A stretch of 64,000 nt of DNA from Camelus ferus (lineage: Eukaryota), in the NCBI RefSeq assembly GCF_009834535.1, contig NC_045701.1, positions 76,818,001-76,882,000 on the forward strand, in the 5' to 3' direction. The notes under the pieces were generated by a model, which made no database searches, was not told the DNA's origin, and saw only the letters and a program-made list of their open reading frames with translations. How positions within the stretch are numbered: position 1 is the stretch's first letter; every line of letters starts with the position of its first letter. Of this stretch, positions 24,631-37,265 are shown in pieces. The translations under genes were made by a program, and so were the position numbers.

Positions 24631-27600
24631 GCAGCAGGGTCGAATGGATTGCATCAGGACTGGTGTATAAAATTATGGGGAAGAATCATTTAGCTTAACT
24701 GGGGAATGTGATCTTCGGAAATCAAATTGACGTACTGGGTTCTTTATTCCTGGGAATATCTGAGTGGAATCTCATCAGTGACTTTTAAAGGGTTTCTCTA
24801 GAAAAGCTTAACAGATTAGAGGGAGGACATGTTAGACAACTCCGAAGGTCATTTCCAGCTCATAAATCCTCTGATTCAGTATTCAAGGGGCTCAGTATTC
24901 ACAATAGGAGTATTTAGTTTATTAAGTGTATTATAAAGCTTTGGGAGAAATTTACAGTCAAATTAATTGCCTCACACCTATTGCAGCACAGTCTCGATTC
25001 TATTATTATAACAGAATGGATAATATAATCTGCACATTGGAAGTTCTGGGTTTCAGTTGGCTTTGCAGCAGTTTAGTCAGTAACCTGCAATTTTTTAACA
25101 TAACTGTAATTGCCCAAAAAATCAGCAAGAAAGTTTTTCATTGGTTTCATAAAAATATTGGAATTGAGTGGTTTGTGGAAATCATCTGAGACTATGGCTT
25201 TGGAAGTATTATGCTTAACTAATGGTCGTAATTCAGAATTTTTATTGGAGCCTTTTTGATACGATCTCTGATTTACACTGTGCTTGTGAATCCACTTAAT
25301 TGAGGCTCCTGACAAATGACACCCAGCTTTATTTGTGACAATTGCTGGAGGGATAGTCTGCACAATGCATTCTGATAGCTCTTAATAAATGATAAATGTG
25401 GCACTGAGTTGAGTTTACATATCACACCTGGCGCAGCAAACCCACACAGCTGTTAACAGGTGTGAACACTTGTTTACCTGTGGTACTGGCGTTTGCTCAT
25501 TTGAGTCAGCTTCCCAGGTTTACTGCTGCTGCTAAATGAGTCAGACTTATCCCCATAGCAGTGTTCATGTGCTTTCCAGCACTGCTGAGTTAAGAAGAAA
25601 GTAGTATGATTGAAGTGTCTTTCTTGCAGTTCATCTCGGTTTGACCTTCCCAAGATTAGGAACTTGGTTTCCTGGGCACATACCTGTTTGCTCTGGGGTT
25701 TCTGCCAAAGAAGAGAGTCTGCCATCCCAGCAGTGCGTTTACAATGATCAGACCTTGCTGGAGGGAAATATTCATGAATTGGAAAACTGCCTGAATTCAT
25801 CCAGGAAGAAAGTTCAGAGAATGGAAACAAAGGGGACTTTTTTCCTAGGAGCATTTTTGAGCGTGCTGTGGTCTAGACTCTGCTGGAAAGGTTCAAAATC
25901 GCTAGTCTCTCCCTGGGTAAGTCTTTTCTTTGCAACCGCCCTACCTCTACACCCTGGAGGATCAGGATTTCATGTTGGTTATAAGTTAAACTTAACCTAA
26001 GCTTCTAGGGAAAAAATACACTCAAAGTGCTTTTGATACTGATTCCTGTAGCTGTGCTAGAAATGTTGTAGGCATTGAGACGACTTGACAGTGTTTGGGT
26101 TCTCTTTGACAACTGACACAGCGAGTATATGCTTCTCTTCTATTGCTGAAGAGGTTTTCCAAGGCTTGAATGTGACTCGTAGCTGGTAAAGATTTCAGTG
26201 TACAAAGATGCAATGCTGATACTAAACTGATCTGTCCTCATTTGCAGGGAGGATCCACAATGGGCTCAAATGAAATTAGGTTTGTGAGGTTGAGAGGGAT
26301 GAAGGGGTCAGGGGAGCAGAGTGCAACCTCTTCATTAAGGCATAATTGAGGAGCAAGGAGCAGGGCAGAGCGAGAACACGTGGCTGAGGACACGCCCCCT
26401 GCACATGACAATCTTCTGTACATTACATTTAATCCTATATGTTTCACTAAAGCCAAAGAATGTTTCCCCATCAAGCAAAAAAAAAAAATATAAAATAATT
26501 TTATCCATATGATTAAGGATAATTGTTATGAACAATTGAATCAGATGATGATTTGGCAAACTGGAGATGTCTTCTATTGCAAAAAAAAAAAAAAAAAAAA
26601 CCACAAAAAGGTTGGCTACATGAAGAGGGAGACCCTGATAGGGAACTAGATTTTCTTAACCAAATTATATCAAGCCTAATTCTTTCTGAGCAATGTTTAC
26701 TAATCCTTTATGCAGTGTTATTTTCCAGTGTGATTAGACCACCATAGATGATAAAGAAGATCAAATGGTAGAACTGATTTTTTAAAAGAACAGTCATTTG
26801 CTTTTGTTCTGAAGCCAAATTTAGCATCCTTTCATGTTCTTTATAATTAGTTTCTTGGCTCAGATTATAGCGTCCTCTCCCCTGAATGTGTCAGATGCTG
26901 GTGTCACTGTGAAAGAGACAGGCAGGCCTCCGCTTGAACAAACTATACTTGGTGATGGCAGGCTTCTAGGAAAGAAGTCACGTTGTAGGTTGACTCTTTT
27001 AATTGCAAAATTCCTTACAAAGTTATTTCTCCTTTGTCTCTCAGTTAATGTTGGAGTTACGGTATAAACCAGTCTCACTTATTACATTGTCAACAGAGCA
27101 CCCTGTTTTTTCTTAAATTGACTACATTTTCGGTGAGTAGTTGAGCAATGTCTGACACCCCAGTGTGGCTTTTCCAGGTACTAATTAATCCCAGTTGGAA
27201 GGCAACTTAGAAAGATCCCAGGGGTGTTGGTTGAGATTCTGTTCAGCTGAGCACCTGAAAATTAGATTGGTTTGTAGAAATATAGAACTTTCAAGCCACA
27301 GAACACCTGTATATTGCACAGTATGTGCATTTGTTGTGTTAATTTGCCAATATATATCTTTCTGAATCTTCCACTGAATTTTTTCCCTTGTTATCGAAGG
27401 AAGAATGATGGTAGAATTTAAGCATATTTCTCTAGTTTAATCTAGAATTTAGGAACCAAAATATAGGATACACCTGAATACATAAAAGAAAAACCTTTGA
27501 TGTTAAAGAAAATTTTACATATGTATGTATATATGTATGTACATATACATGTGTGTGTGTGTGTGTATATATATTATGTTTCCTCTGGTTTCAAAAGAGA

Positions 27601-28439
27601 AAGATCATTTGTATTAAAGTAAAATGCAGAGTTGAATAAGGTTTTACCCACTAAGATAATAAGAAGGGTGAGTCCCTATGGCATTTACCTTTCCATAAGA
27701 GTTCACTCAGTTTAATTTCAGTCACTAACACTGCGCTTGCCTCTTCTTACTCCTGTTTAAACATCAACCTAATTATTCTTCCCAACTTCTTTTTAAATCA
27801 TCTGATAAAGCCAAGATTTCAGCAAAACTCTCATCTTGTTATCACCTTATATGGGTTCCCATCCTTCAAGGTTCTATTTATCATACTTCTTGCTTCCTGG
27901 GGACAGGTCACTGACTGTTCTGGACCCAGACACAAAGAGTGCTAGGAAGCCCATTGAGTTTCGGTGTGCATCTGCTCCCTCCAGTTCTAGATCAGTTTCC
28001 AGCTGAGGAAAAGGTCTCATCCGTTTTGTACTGGGAATAAAGAAAATTAATAAATCTTCTTTTGAGCTGAGATGGCTGGCCCCTAAAAATAAGGGAAGTA
28101 AATTTATTAGAGAACTTTTTCATTAGGGCACTACTTCAATCATAAAATAAGCATAAAGGAATTATGCAGATGTGCCAAAATAATATCATGCATGTAAGCA
28201 TTCAGTCAATTCCAGGTCCCTCTGAAGAGAACATGAGATCGGACTCATAGGAAGAAAACATGAAGAAAGACATTTAGAATTAATGTATAGAAGCTAGACT
28301 GATTACCCAATTTATGACTGCATTAAGTAAGCACAATCCTAGCCAACTTTAAATTAGATCATTCTTAAGGGAGGACTTAGCCGAACTGTCTGATAGAATA
28401 TGAACAAACAATTCGGAAAATATGTATTTTATCTGTAAA

Positions 28440-28630
28440 CATTACTCATTTATTAAGAGATTACTACATATCAGACAAAATTCTAATCATTTATGTGTAT
28501 TATCCTAATTTTATTTACTTAATAACCTTGTAAGAGAGATCCTATTATTATTCCCATTTTACAGATCAAGAAACTTAATTACAAAAAGGTTAGTCAGTTT
28601 GTCCCAGATTACGAAGCTGTTAAGAGCACA
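28440..28630 (-). mobile_element. MIR SINE
   Basis: ctattattattcccattttacagatcaagaaact. Confidence 0.75.
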
Positions 28631-29614
28631 TGTTTTTAATATTTAGAGATTTTCAGAATATCAAGCCTAGGACATATTTTAGACTTCATTTTTCCACATT
28701 ACTCAAACTTCTACAAATTACACAAAACTGAGCCTCACATGTTAATGACTTGCCCATGGTCAAATAAGACTCTGCCTTCCGGCTCCTAGCTCAAAAAAAC
28801 ATCTTCCCAACTTGACTTTACTAATTTACCTGTCCACCTGGGTCAATGTTGTGATATTTCACAGTTTGGATTATCCCTTATTGAGACACATACATTCTCT
28901 CTCCTCCCAAAGTCAAGTTTCTAATGGTATTTTCTATGGATATTTTTAGAAAAGATAATTCTATGACTAATAATCTTTTTTTCCAATTTGAGCAAATGAA
29001 CCTCATTATGTGAATGAGTCACAGTTTGCAAGGACTAACACTGCTTGAAACTCTAACTCCTGTTTCTCTTGAAATTTTCATACAAAAGAATTAAGACCTT
29101 AAGTGACAGCTGTGTATTAGCCTGGCCCTTCTCCTCACTTCACCCATAAAATCTCCAGCATTTGAATCTTTCTCTTCCAAATGTCTGCAGGTTTCAGACA
29201 GGCCTGCCTTAGTAATGGCTTACAATCAGATACAATAAAGTAAATAATACTAACTGATGAATAAAAAGGTCCAGAATATCAATATTATCTTTTGCCCACT
29301 TAAAGTTAAAATTTCAATAACACTTTTCCTCTTAGATTAAATGGAAGGAAAAAATGCTTGAGCAAGTATTCTCAAAAGTTAATATGAGTAGTGTTTTACT
29401 GCATCCTTATTTTTTCCCTTTTACTTAATTCTTCCACTAAGAAATCTCAGAGCTTTCAAATAAATTTTGTTTGATGTATGATGTCATCTACTGATGATTA
29501 TGAGAAATATGTATCTTTCTTAACATAATATCTACTTACTCAGAACTAATGAAATCAATTACTTACTAATTTAGTAACTAAATGATTCATTTTTTTTTCT
29601 TTCTCACAGGATAC

Positions 29615-29995
29615 TATATTAGTCAGGAAGGGTTGGATTTTGCTAATGTAACAAATTAACCCCCAAGTCTCATTATATTCTTACCACAAATCTAAAGCAT
29701 GTTTTGGGAGTGGAGAGTGGCTCTGTTCCATACAGACACTCAGGAACTTGGGCTGATGGGAAGTTTACCATCTAGGCTACCACCAGCATGTGGCTTCTAG
29801 AATTGCTACAGCAGGAGAAGAGAAAATGAGGGAAATGCTCACCCACTGAAAATGAGCTCAGGCTGAAAGCAACGTACAGTACTTCTACTCACAGCTCATT
29901 GGCTAGAGTGACTCACGTGGTCTCAAGATACCTACAAGGAAGACTGAAGGGTAGGGAGAAGTACATGAGCTATTTAGCACACAGCAGAGTCATTT
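29615..29995 (-). mobile_element. MLT1I/J-like LTR
   Basis: tattagtcaggaagggttggattttgctaatgtaacaaa, cacagctcattggctagagt and aggaagactgaaggg. Confidence 0.75.
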
Positions 29996-30024
29996 CCATT
30001 GGTGATTCCATTGGTAATGGCCAA

Positions 30025-30240
30025 AGTATGGACTTTGCAGCCTTACCTATTTAGTTAGAGTGTTATCAGAGCTCTGCTGTTTACCTACCTAGGTAAATTT
30101 CATAACCCACATGTCTCATACTCAAAAATGAAGATAATCATTTTATGTACTTCATAGGGCTTCTGTGATCTTTAATGGAATGATGCACATAGGGTGGTTA
30201 TTGCAGGATCTGTCACAGAATAAGAGCTCAGTAATATTAA
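30025..30240 (+). mobile_element. MIR SINE
   Basis: aaaatgaagataatc, tacttcatagggcttctgtga and cacagaataagagctcagtaata. Confidence 0.75.
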
Positions 30241-32604
30241 TTAATTTAAAAAGTCACTTGACAAGTATTTATGACCATCCACTAGGGAGTTAAGGACTTG
30301 GGGAGGAAAACAAAGGAAACATGGCATCTGCCTTCTTGGAAATCTTGGTATATGAGAGAAGAAAGACATTTCTAGAGATTTAAAACTTGTATTTGAGTAC
30401 TCATTTTGCTCCAGTAACATCTGAAGTTTTCCTATCAGAAGAACAAGAAGAAAATGTGAGCCTGCTTCAAAGGGAGAAAACAACAAACCAAAACAAAAGC
30501 TCCTTAAGCAGATTTAAGAGAACAACAGGCTCTGAAATGAGGATTCTCATTCTCAGAAAAAAATCATAAGTAAATTTCATAAAATTGAAGATATGAAAGG
30601 TTCCCCCCTTTCTGTAACTGAAATAGGTTTATGTGGGGAATGTGAGTGTCAGGTGGTATTCATGGGTACACTTTATAACAAAGAGCTATCTCATTTGTAG
30701 AATTGTCAAATATGTTTGTCTCACATGCTAATAAATTGCATAGTAATTCATAATAAAATTTAGTACCTTTAGAGATCTGGTTATAATCATGGGGTGTGTT
30801 TTTCTCATTATATTTCAAGGCTGATCTATTGACCCTGAGCTAAACACCCCATCCTAAAAAAAGTTAACCAAAACAAGAACATAATAATAATGAGAAGAAA
30901 TACAGTGAAAGAAAGAACAAGAGCTCTGAAACTGATGTTTTCGAAGGCTATAGATTGAGTTATATCAACTTTATAATTAGCCTTTAGAAGAAAATCCAGG
31001 TCAAAATTTAGTTCGATTAACCTCTTGAGTGTCTCATTAATCAAAACCTGCTTAAAGTGATTTTCTTAATTCTCAGCACAATGTGATATGAAATACTCTA
31101 TGTTTATAAATCTCCACTGTTTGCTATGATGGTGTTATAGCAGATTTTTGTTTGTTTCTGCCTTCGTTTCTATTTATGTGGTTGGTTTAGGTTTTGTTTA
31201 TCTCTTTGCTTTATCTTTCAAAATGTTTATGAGGAAAGAGTTACCTGCCCACTTCATGGTGTATACCTTTCCGTTTACTAGTCCACTGCTTTAGGAAATA
31301 TGAGATACATACAAAAAGTGAAGTTAGTTTAAATTTAAAATGTGTAAGTCATGGCAGACAAGCAGCTCAGAGATTTTATCAATGCTATTACAGTCACTGA
31401 CAGATTTGGAGAAAGGAAAAAAAAAAGAATCAGATCTGGACAGTTGGAATCTGCCCACCATTCTCCCCTAACATATATTCAGTTAGATATGACTGAAACA
31501 GTAATTGCAGAACTTTCTCAATCTGTCCATCACTTTACTCAACAGTAGCCACAAGGATAAAAATGACACATCTATAGGTCATGATAATTTTAAAGGAAAA
31601 TGTGTTACGGTGCATTGTGGGTAAAATATGCAAATTATCAAGACAGCAGAGATAATTAAATTTTCTCAAATCAGAATAAAATGACCTTCTTTGATTGAAC
31701 CCCCTTTTCGGTGGAGACACAAATTCACTGAACTCATTGTTATAAGAGCATGCCTTGTAATAAAGTCAAGCTTGACAGATGTGGAGATTAAGAAGCCTGA
31801 GGATTTATAATAAGAAAAAAATGAACAAATAAATTGAGGCAAAGAAGATGCTAGATTCATGATATATGCCACCTTTCCCTCTATATTACTACAGTTGTTT
31901 TGGTAATTCATTGATGTTGTTAATTAAATCTAGCACAGTATAAAAGTAAGCAAAATTGGTCAGAAGAAACAATAATGCTTATTAACCAGAGGTGAATGTG
32001 TGATAATATTTACACTTTTAATGAAAATAGATGTGCATTTTTTTATTTGCAATTTACATTTTCACTGTGAACTGACACCTAGCAAAATGTCTGGAAATTC
32101 AGAAGGACTCAATTAATAGTTGTAGAATCAATGACTAATTAAAAAAATAAAAATGAATTATTATTGTATATTGATTTTATTTCTCATTCCAGACTCAATG
32201 TAAACGTGTATGCAGTATTAGTACCAACTAGTGCCATCCAAATTGTTATTTTTCTTTAAACTGTATAGATTTGTCAGTAAATAATTGTGCTTGGATGGAT
32301 CTTTAAAGATTTGAAATCTTACTTGGTCACATGTGCATGCTAAATATTTTAAAGTCAGTCATCTGCATACCTTGTCTGTTGTACTGATTTCTCTTGAAGT
32401 TATACCTAGAGGTGGTATGTGTGTTTGTGTGTCTGTGTGTGTATGAGTGTGTGTGTGTGCATTCACATGTTTATATGAATGCATCGTTTTCCTGACTGGA
32501 CATCTTTTGACTTGACAAACCTTGTTTTGTCAGCTGGGCAATCCAACCTGCACTGTAATCAGTTAATTAATTTAGCTTTTAATGTTAGCAATATGACTAT
32601 GAAA

Positions 32605-32770
32605 TGAGCTTTGGGTTATAAATCAGTGTTCAGAATCACCAATTAGAGGATCTGTGACTAGGAGACATGGCCCTTGTTTTTCTTATCAAAAATAAGGACG
32701 GCATCTATATTTACCCTCAGTACTATCCACAGCTATTCTGAGATGCAAAGACACTTTAGGCTCGAAAGGG
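32605..32770 (+). mobile_element. MIR fragment
   Basis: tgtttttcttatcaaaataagg and ctattctgagat. Confidence 0.5.
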
Positions 32771-34419
32771 TTGTAAGATATATGAGAAATTCTCTATATT
32801 AGCCGTTAAGATTTCATTGAGCTTATCTGAAAAACAATTCTACTGGATCTAAGAAAATGTCTAGTTCTATATCCAGTGCTTTGCCAGTGAAGATATAGAG
32901 GAAAGGCAGTGTAACGGCTGCTGTACAGAGAGGAGGGTCCTCCTCTGTCCCCCACATTTGGTGATAGCCACGACCTGCCAAACCTCTTTTTCCTTTTGGC
33001 CACCTCTTCCCAAAAGTATATATTCTAGGTAACTCTTCCTAAATTTAAAAAAGGAAATTCTAGGGAAGAAAAAACCCTCAGAACTCAATAATGCAAATTA
33101 AATGTCAAGTCAAACCAAGAAATGATCAGGAGACGAGTCTGCTTACTATCGTTTTGTTTGTTTGTTTGTTTTTGTATGCACTTTCATTTCCTTTTCTACA
33201 GATATCATGGCTTTGAAGCCATGGTCCTGAGTAGTTTATGTCTATGTGCACTGTGCTCTCCCACTTTATTTTAGCCTCAAAGAGCTCACTTTTCTCTAGA
33301 CTCAATCCTCAGCCCCTTGGCCAGGAGTTAACACAAAATTTCATAGTCAGTAGAATTCCAGTTTAGCTGGGAATCCCTTGACATGGTACACAGACATCAT
33401 TAGAATTAGCCTTGTCCTAGTTTCCCAACATAACAACCTGCTAAATACCTCCTCCCTGTACATCTGTAGTATGTTCCTCACTTTCTCATGGACATGCCCT
33501 TCTCTTAGACTAGTTTCTTTTTCCTTCTCCAGACTCCATCATATGATGCTTAGTTAACATTTCTTATTGAAACTGCATTTCATCTTTATCCTGCTCTCCT
33601 TTTAATTCACTCTATTGTACCCACTTTGCCCCAATCATATTTTATCCTAATTTCCTGTCCCTTTCTACTGATCTTTGTTGCAAATTCCCAACTATTTCCT
33701 GCCTGAGTGCAGCCTAATTTAATTCAGTTCTGTCTGATTTGATTTCGAGCTTCAGTGTATTCTTTTGATGAAGTTTATGACATTGTATTATAAAGAAAAG
33801 GAACTACCTAATGTGCGAATTAGTACAAAGAAACTAATTCCATTTCTTTCTTTTTAAGGTGTTAACACACAGCTAGTCCTGGATAGTATTTTTATAGAGG
33901 TATTTTAATAAGTGTAAATTAGATACCTATTTTTACTGTTGATATTGGTAATTTAAAAATACATATAATTTCTTGAGGGCAAAGACCACATATTATCTTT
34001 ATAGCCTCAATAATGTAAATTAATTAGATTATCAGACAATTCTTATATTCCATCTTTAACATATCTTGGATAATTGGATCTATCTTCTTTGCTTAGCTGA
34101 GTCATGATGATTTTATAAACTTATCAATCTTGATAAACAATGGATTCTACCTAATCAATTCCATTACTTATCCATTCTCTTATGCCAAGCGTTTTTCTAA
34201 GCTCTTGTAGAAAAATGATCAGTAGTTTACCATTTTCCTGTTCTGTTTGACTTCTACATTCCCCACCTAACCTTACCATGTGACTAACTTACAGCAATTA
34301 GAATGTTGTTGAAAGTGATAGACCCATTGCCAAGACCCTGCCCTTAAAAGTCTCCAGTTCAGCTCTCCATATTACTCTTTCTCCTTATTTTTATCAGTGA
34401 TATTCAGAATAAAGGGCGA

Positions 34420-34612
34420 ACCTTAAGACCTGAATGATGGCAGAATCATTAAATGGAAGGGAAACTGGATCCCTGGATCACTGTATAGATCAGATTCACC
34501 CCACTTCCCTACCTGCATTGGACTATACTGTGAATGAGAAGTAAACCTGTCCTGTGTTAAGCCACTGAGATGTCTGGGTGATTTGTAAGAGCAGTCGGTC
34601 TACTCTAAACAC
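34420..34612 (+). mobile_element. MLT1 (J/K/L-like) LTR 3' part
   Basis: tgtgaatgagaagtaaacctgtcctgtgttaagccactgagatgtctggg. Confidence 0.75.
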
Positions 34613-34997
34613 AGCACTTAATTATATTAAACCATTTAACTATCACAGCAAGACTATGAGGGAGGATTAGATTTCGGGAGAGCTGAGGAATCCTGAGGGG
34701 ACTTGAGTGCACTAACGTTAAATAGAAGCAAGTGAAGCATCCACACTGTAGAGGGACTGGTATCTCCTTCCACATTTCTGGACTATGCCATTTATGAATC
34801 ACAGAAGGCATGACAAAAATAAGTTGAAACTCCATAAAGTAGCCCTGTAGTGGGGAAAGAGTCCCAGGTTTGCTGTCAGAAAGACCTCGGGTTAAAAATC
34901 CTGTGATTTTTTGAGAGTTACTTAATCTCTCTCATTTGTAAAAGCATAACAACTTTGACCCATAAAGACTGTTGTATTAAAGAAAAAATTTTATATA

Positions 34998-35204
34998 CAC
35001 ACCTGCACCTTGAGCAACACAGGTTTGAACTATGTGCAGGTACCCTCAAGCGTAGATCTTTTTCAGTAGTAAATACTGCATCACTGCATCATCCATGGTT
35101 GGTTGAATGGCCCGATACAGAGGGCTGACTCTAAGTTACACTCGGATTTTTAACTTTGAGGGGGGTCAGCACACCTAAACCCTGCATTGTTCAAGGGTAA
35201 ACTG
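34998..35204 (+). mobile_element. MER8 (Tigger2-derived TcMar element)
   Basis: ccttgagcaacacaggtttgaact and catccatggttggttgaat; terminal gttcaagggtaaactg followed by TA. Confidence 0.85.
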
Positions 35205-35363
35205 TACATGAAAAAAATGTCTCACGCCACCTGTCACGTGGAAACACCCAACAAATGATCTTAGCTTTAGAGTGATAGGTGTTAAGATACCTTAGGATGA
35301 AAATACTGGCTGAACACTCATGGTGAACTGAGGTCAGGCTGTGCATTTTTTTTGAGAGACTAA

Positions 35364-35460
35364 TGTGGGTGGAATTGTGCCCTCCTCCCCATTCATGTGT
35401 TGAAGTACTTACTAACTCCCAGTACCTCTGACTGTGACCTTCTTTGAAGAGAGGTATACA
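35364..35460 (+). mobile_element. MLT1A/B/C 5' fragment
   Basis: ggaattgtgccctcctccccattcatgtgttgaagt and ctgactgtgacct. Confidence 0.65.
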
Positions 35461-35469
35461 TTACAAATG

Positions 35470-35830
35470 CAATATGTTATATAAATTGTCTGTACTTTGT
35501 ATTAATACTTTGCAAATCTTTACTATCTTAATTCTTTTGTTCAACCATTACATTTATAAGCCCCATTCATACCACTGCATGTGTTTGTAGATTGCTCATT
35601 CCCATTGCTGTATGATATTCCCCTACATGTGTATATCATATTTGATTGATCCATTTCACTGTTGATGGAGATTTAGGTAGTTTCCGCCTTGGAGTTTATT
35701 AAAAGTAATAATGCTGCTATAAACATTCTAGTCCATTATTTGTGGAAACATATGTAAACGTTTCTGAAGGCAGGCTGGGCTTTCCATAATTTTAATTCTT
35801 CTAGATAATTCAAAGGAATTTCCAAATATG
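35470..35830 (-). mobile_element. L1ME 3' fragment
   Basis: ttgatccatttcactgttgatggagatttaggtagtttcc and aatgctgctataaacattc. Confidence 0.8.
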
Positions 35831-35859
35831 GAAAGTAAAATAAAATCTATCTTGACTAC

Positions 35860-37265
35860 ATATCTTCCCTATATCTATGCCTCATTTCTCTACCCCCATT
35901 ATCAGAAGATATCCTAGAGAAAGTTATTTATACTCTTTTATTTTTTTCTTGAATCCTCTTCTAGATTAAGCAAAGGATTGGGTTGTCAAATTGAACTTAC
36001 ACGGGTTTTTCACTATGTCAAGCATCATATAATAATTTCAAGGATATAAGCAGTCAAGTAACACAGGTGAAGCAGAATGTCTCCCTGTGTTTTTCGTTGT
36101 AACATCAGTTGTTCTCCCTGGCCCCAAAGAAGTGGTCTATAATTGAAATAGACAGTTATCTCACACAACAGGAAGGATTTAGGTAATGAAACGTTTCCAT
36201 TCTATACGCAGATAGTGATAGAACTTACATAATATTTTCCAGGAACCCAGGCCTCATAAATCTGTAAATCAATGATACTCGACTAGAATAATTCAATGGA
36301 TAAGGACTCTCCTCCAATACCATAGGTTTATTTGCTGCGAGGATCTTAATGAATGTGATATAAGGAACAAAAACTGGAGTCACCTGTGTTTATTCTTCCC
36401 TGGAAATGTTATCTAGACAAAGGCAGACGAACCAACCACAAGCCAGCTACTTAATATCTCTCTTTCAATACTGCAAGGAGGTATTTATCCACATCTGTTT
36501 ATCAAGGCCATCAATGACATCTATATATTTTTTTGAAGTTCAGTGATCAGTTCTCAGTCCTTCTCCTGCTTAATCAACAGCCGTTGACATAGATGATCCT
36601 CTAATGTACTCTCCTCACTTGGCTTCCACAGCTGCATTTGTCTTTCTCTGTCTCTCTCTTCTTTGCCTACCACACTGGCCATTCCTTTTTTCTTCTTCAT
36701 GATTCCTTCTTATCTGTCGGCTGCCTTAAAATGAGAGTACACCAGAAGGCATCATCTTTGGAAAACTCTTTGGAAGATTCCCTTTTAATCTCACACAATC
36801 TCATGACTTTAAATCCCATCTATATGCTGAAGACTCCAAATTTACATCTTTCTTCTGGTAAAATTTATAAATACTATTGTATACTAATTAATTAATATTG
36901 TATACTTAAAGTGTATAACATGATGATCCTATATGCATACACATTCTGAGATTACATTGTTCTTTCCCTGGATCTCCAGACTCATACATCCAGCTGCCTT
37001 TCTTGTCATCTCTCTTTGTACCTCAGTGACCGATGGAAGTTTAATATGTCCAAAACTGAATTTCTATTCCTATTTTCAAATAGTCTCCTCTCATTGTCTT
37101 CGCCATCTGAAAAGATGACAACTCGGTTCTTCCAGCAACTCAGGCTACAACTATGGTGCTTCCTTTGTCTTCTTTCCTTCCCTTACACCCACACTCAGTC
37201 AGTCATCCTGTCCTCTTTAATCTATCATCAGCCTTTATAGAGACTCAGACTACTTCTCCCATCTC
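35860..37265 (+). mobile_element. L2 ORF2-derived segment interrupted by an unassigned insert (about 35965-36480) and a tiny L1MA 3' end (about 36866-36955)
   Basis: tcaaggccatcaatgac, ctttaaatcccatctatatgctgaagactccaaattta and ttaatatgtccaaaactgaa are L2 hallmarks. Confidence 0.8.
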
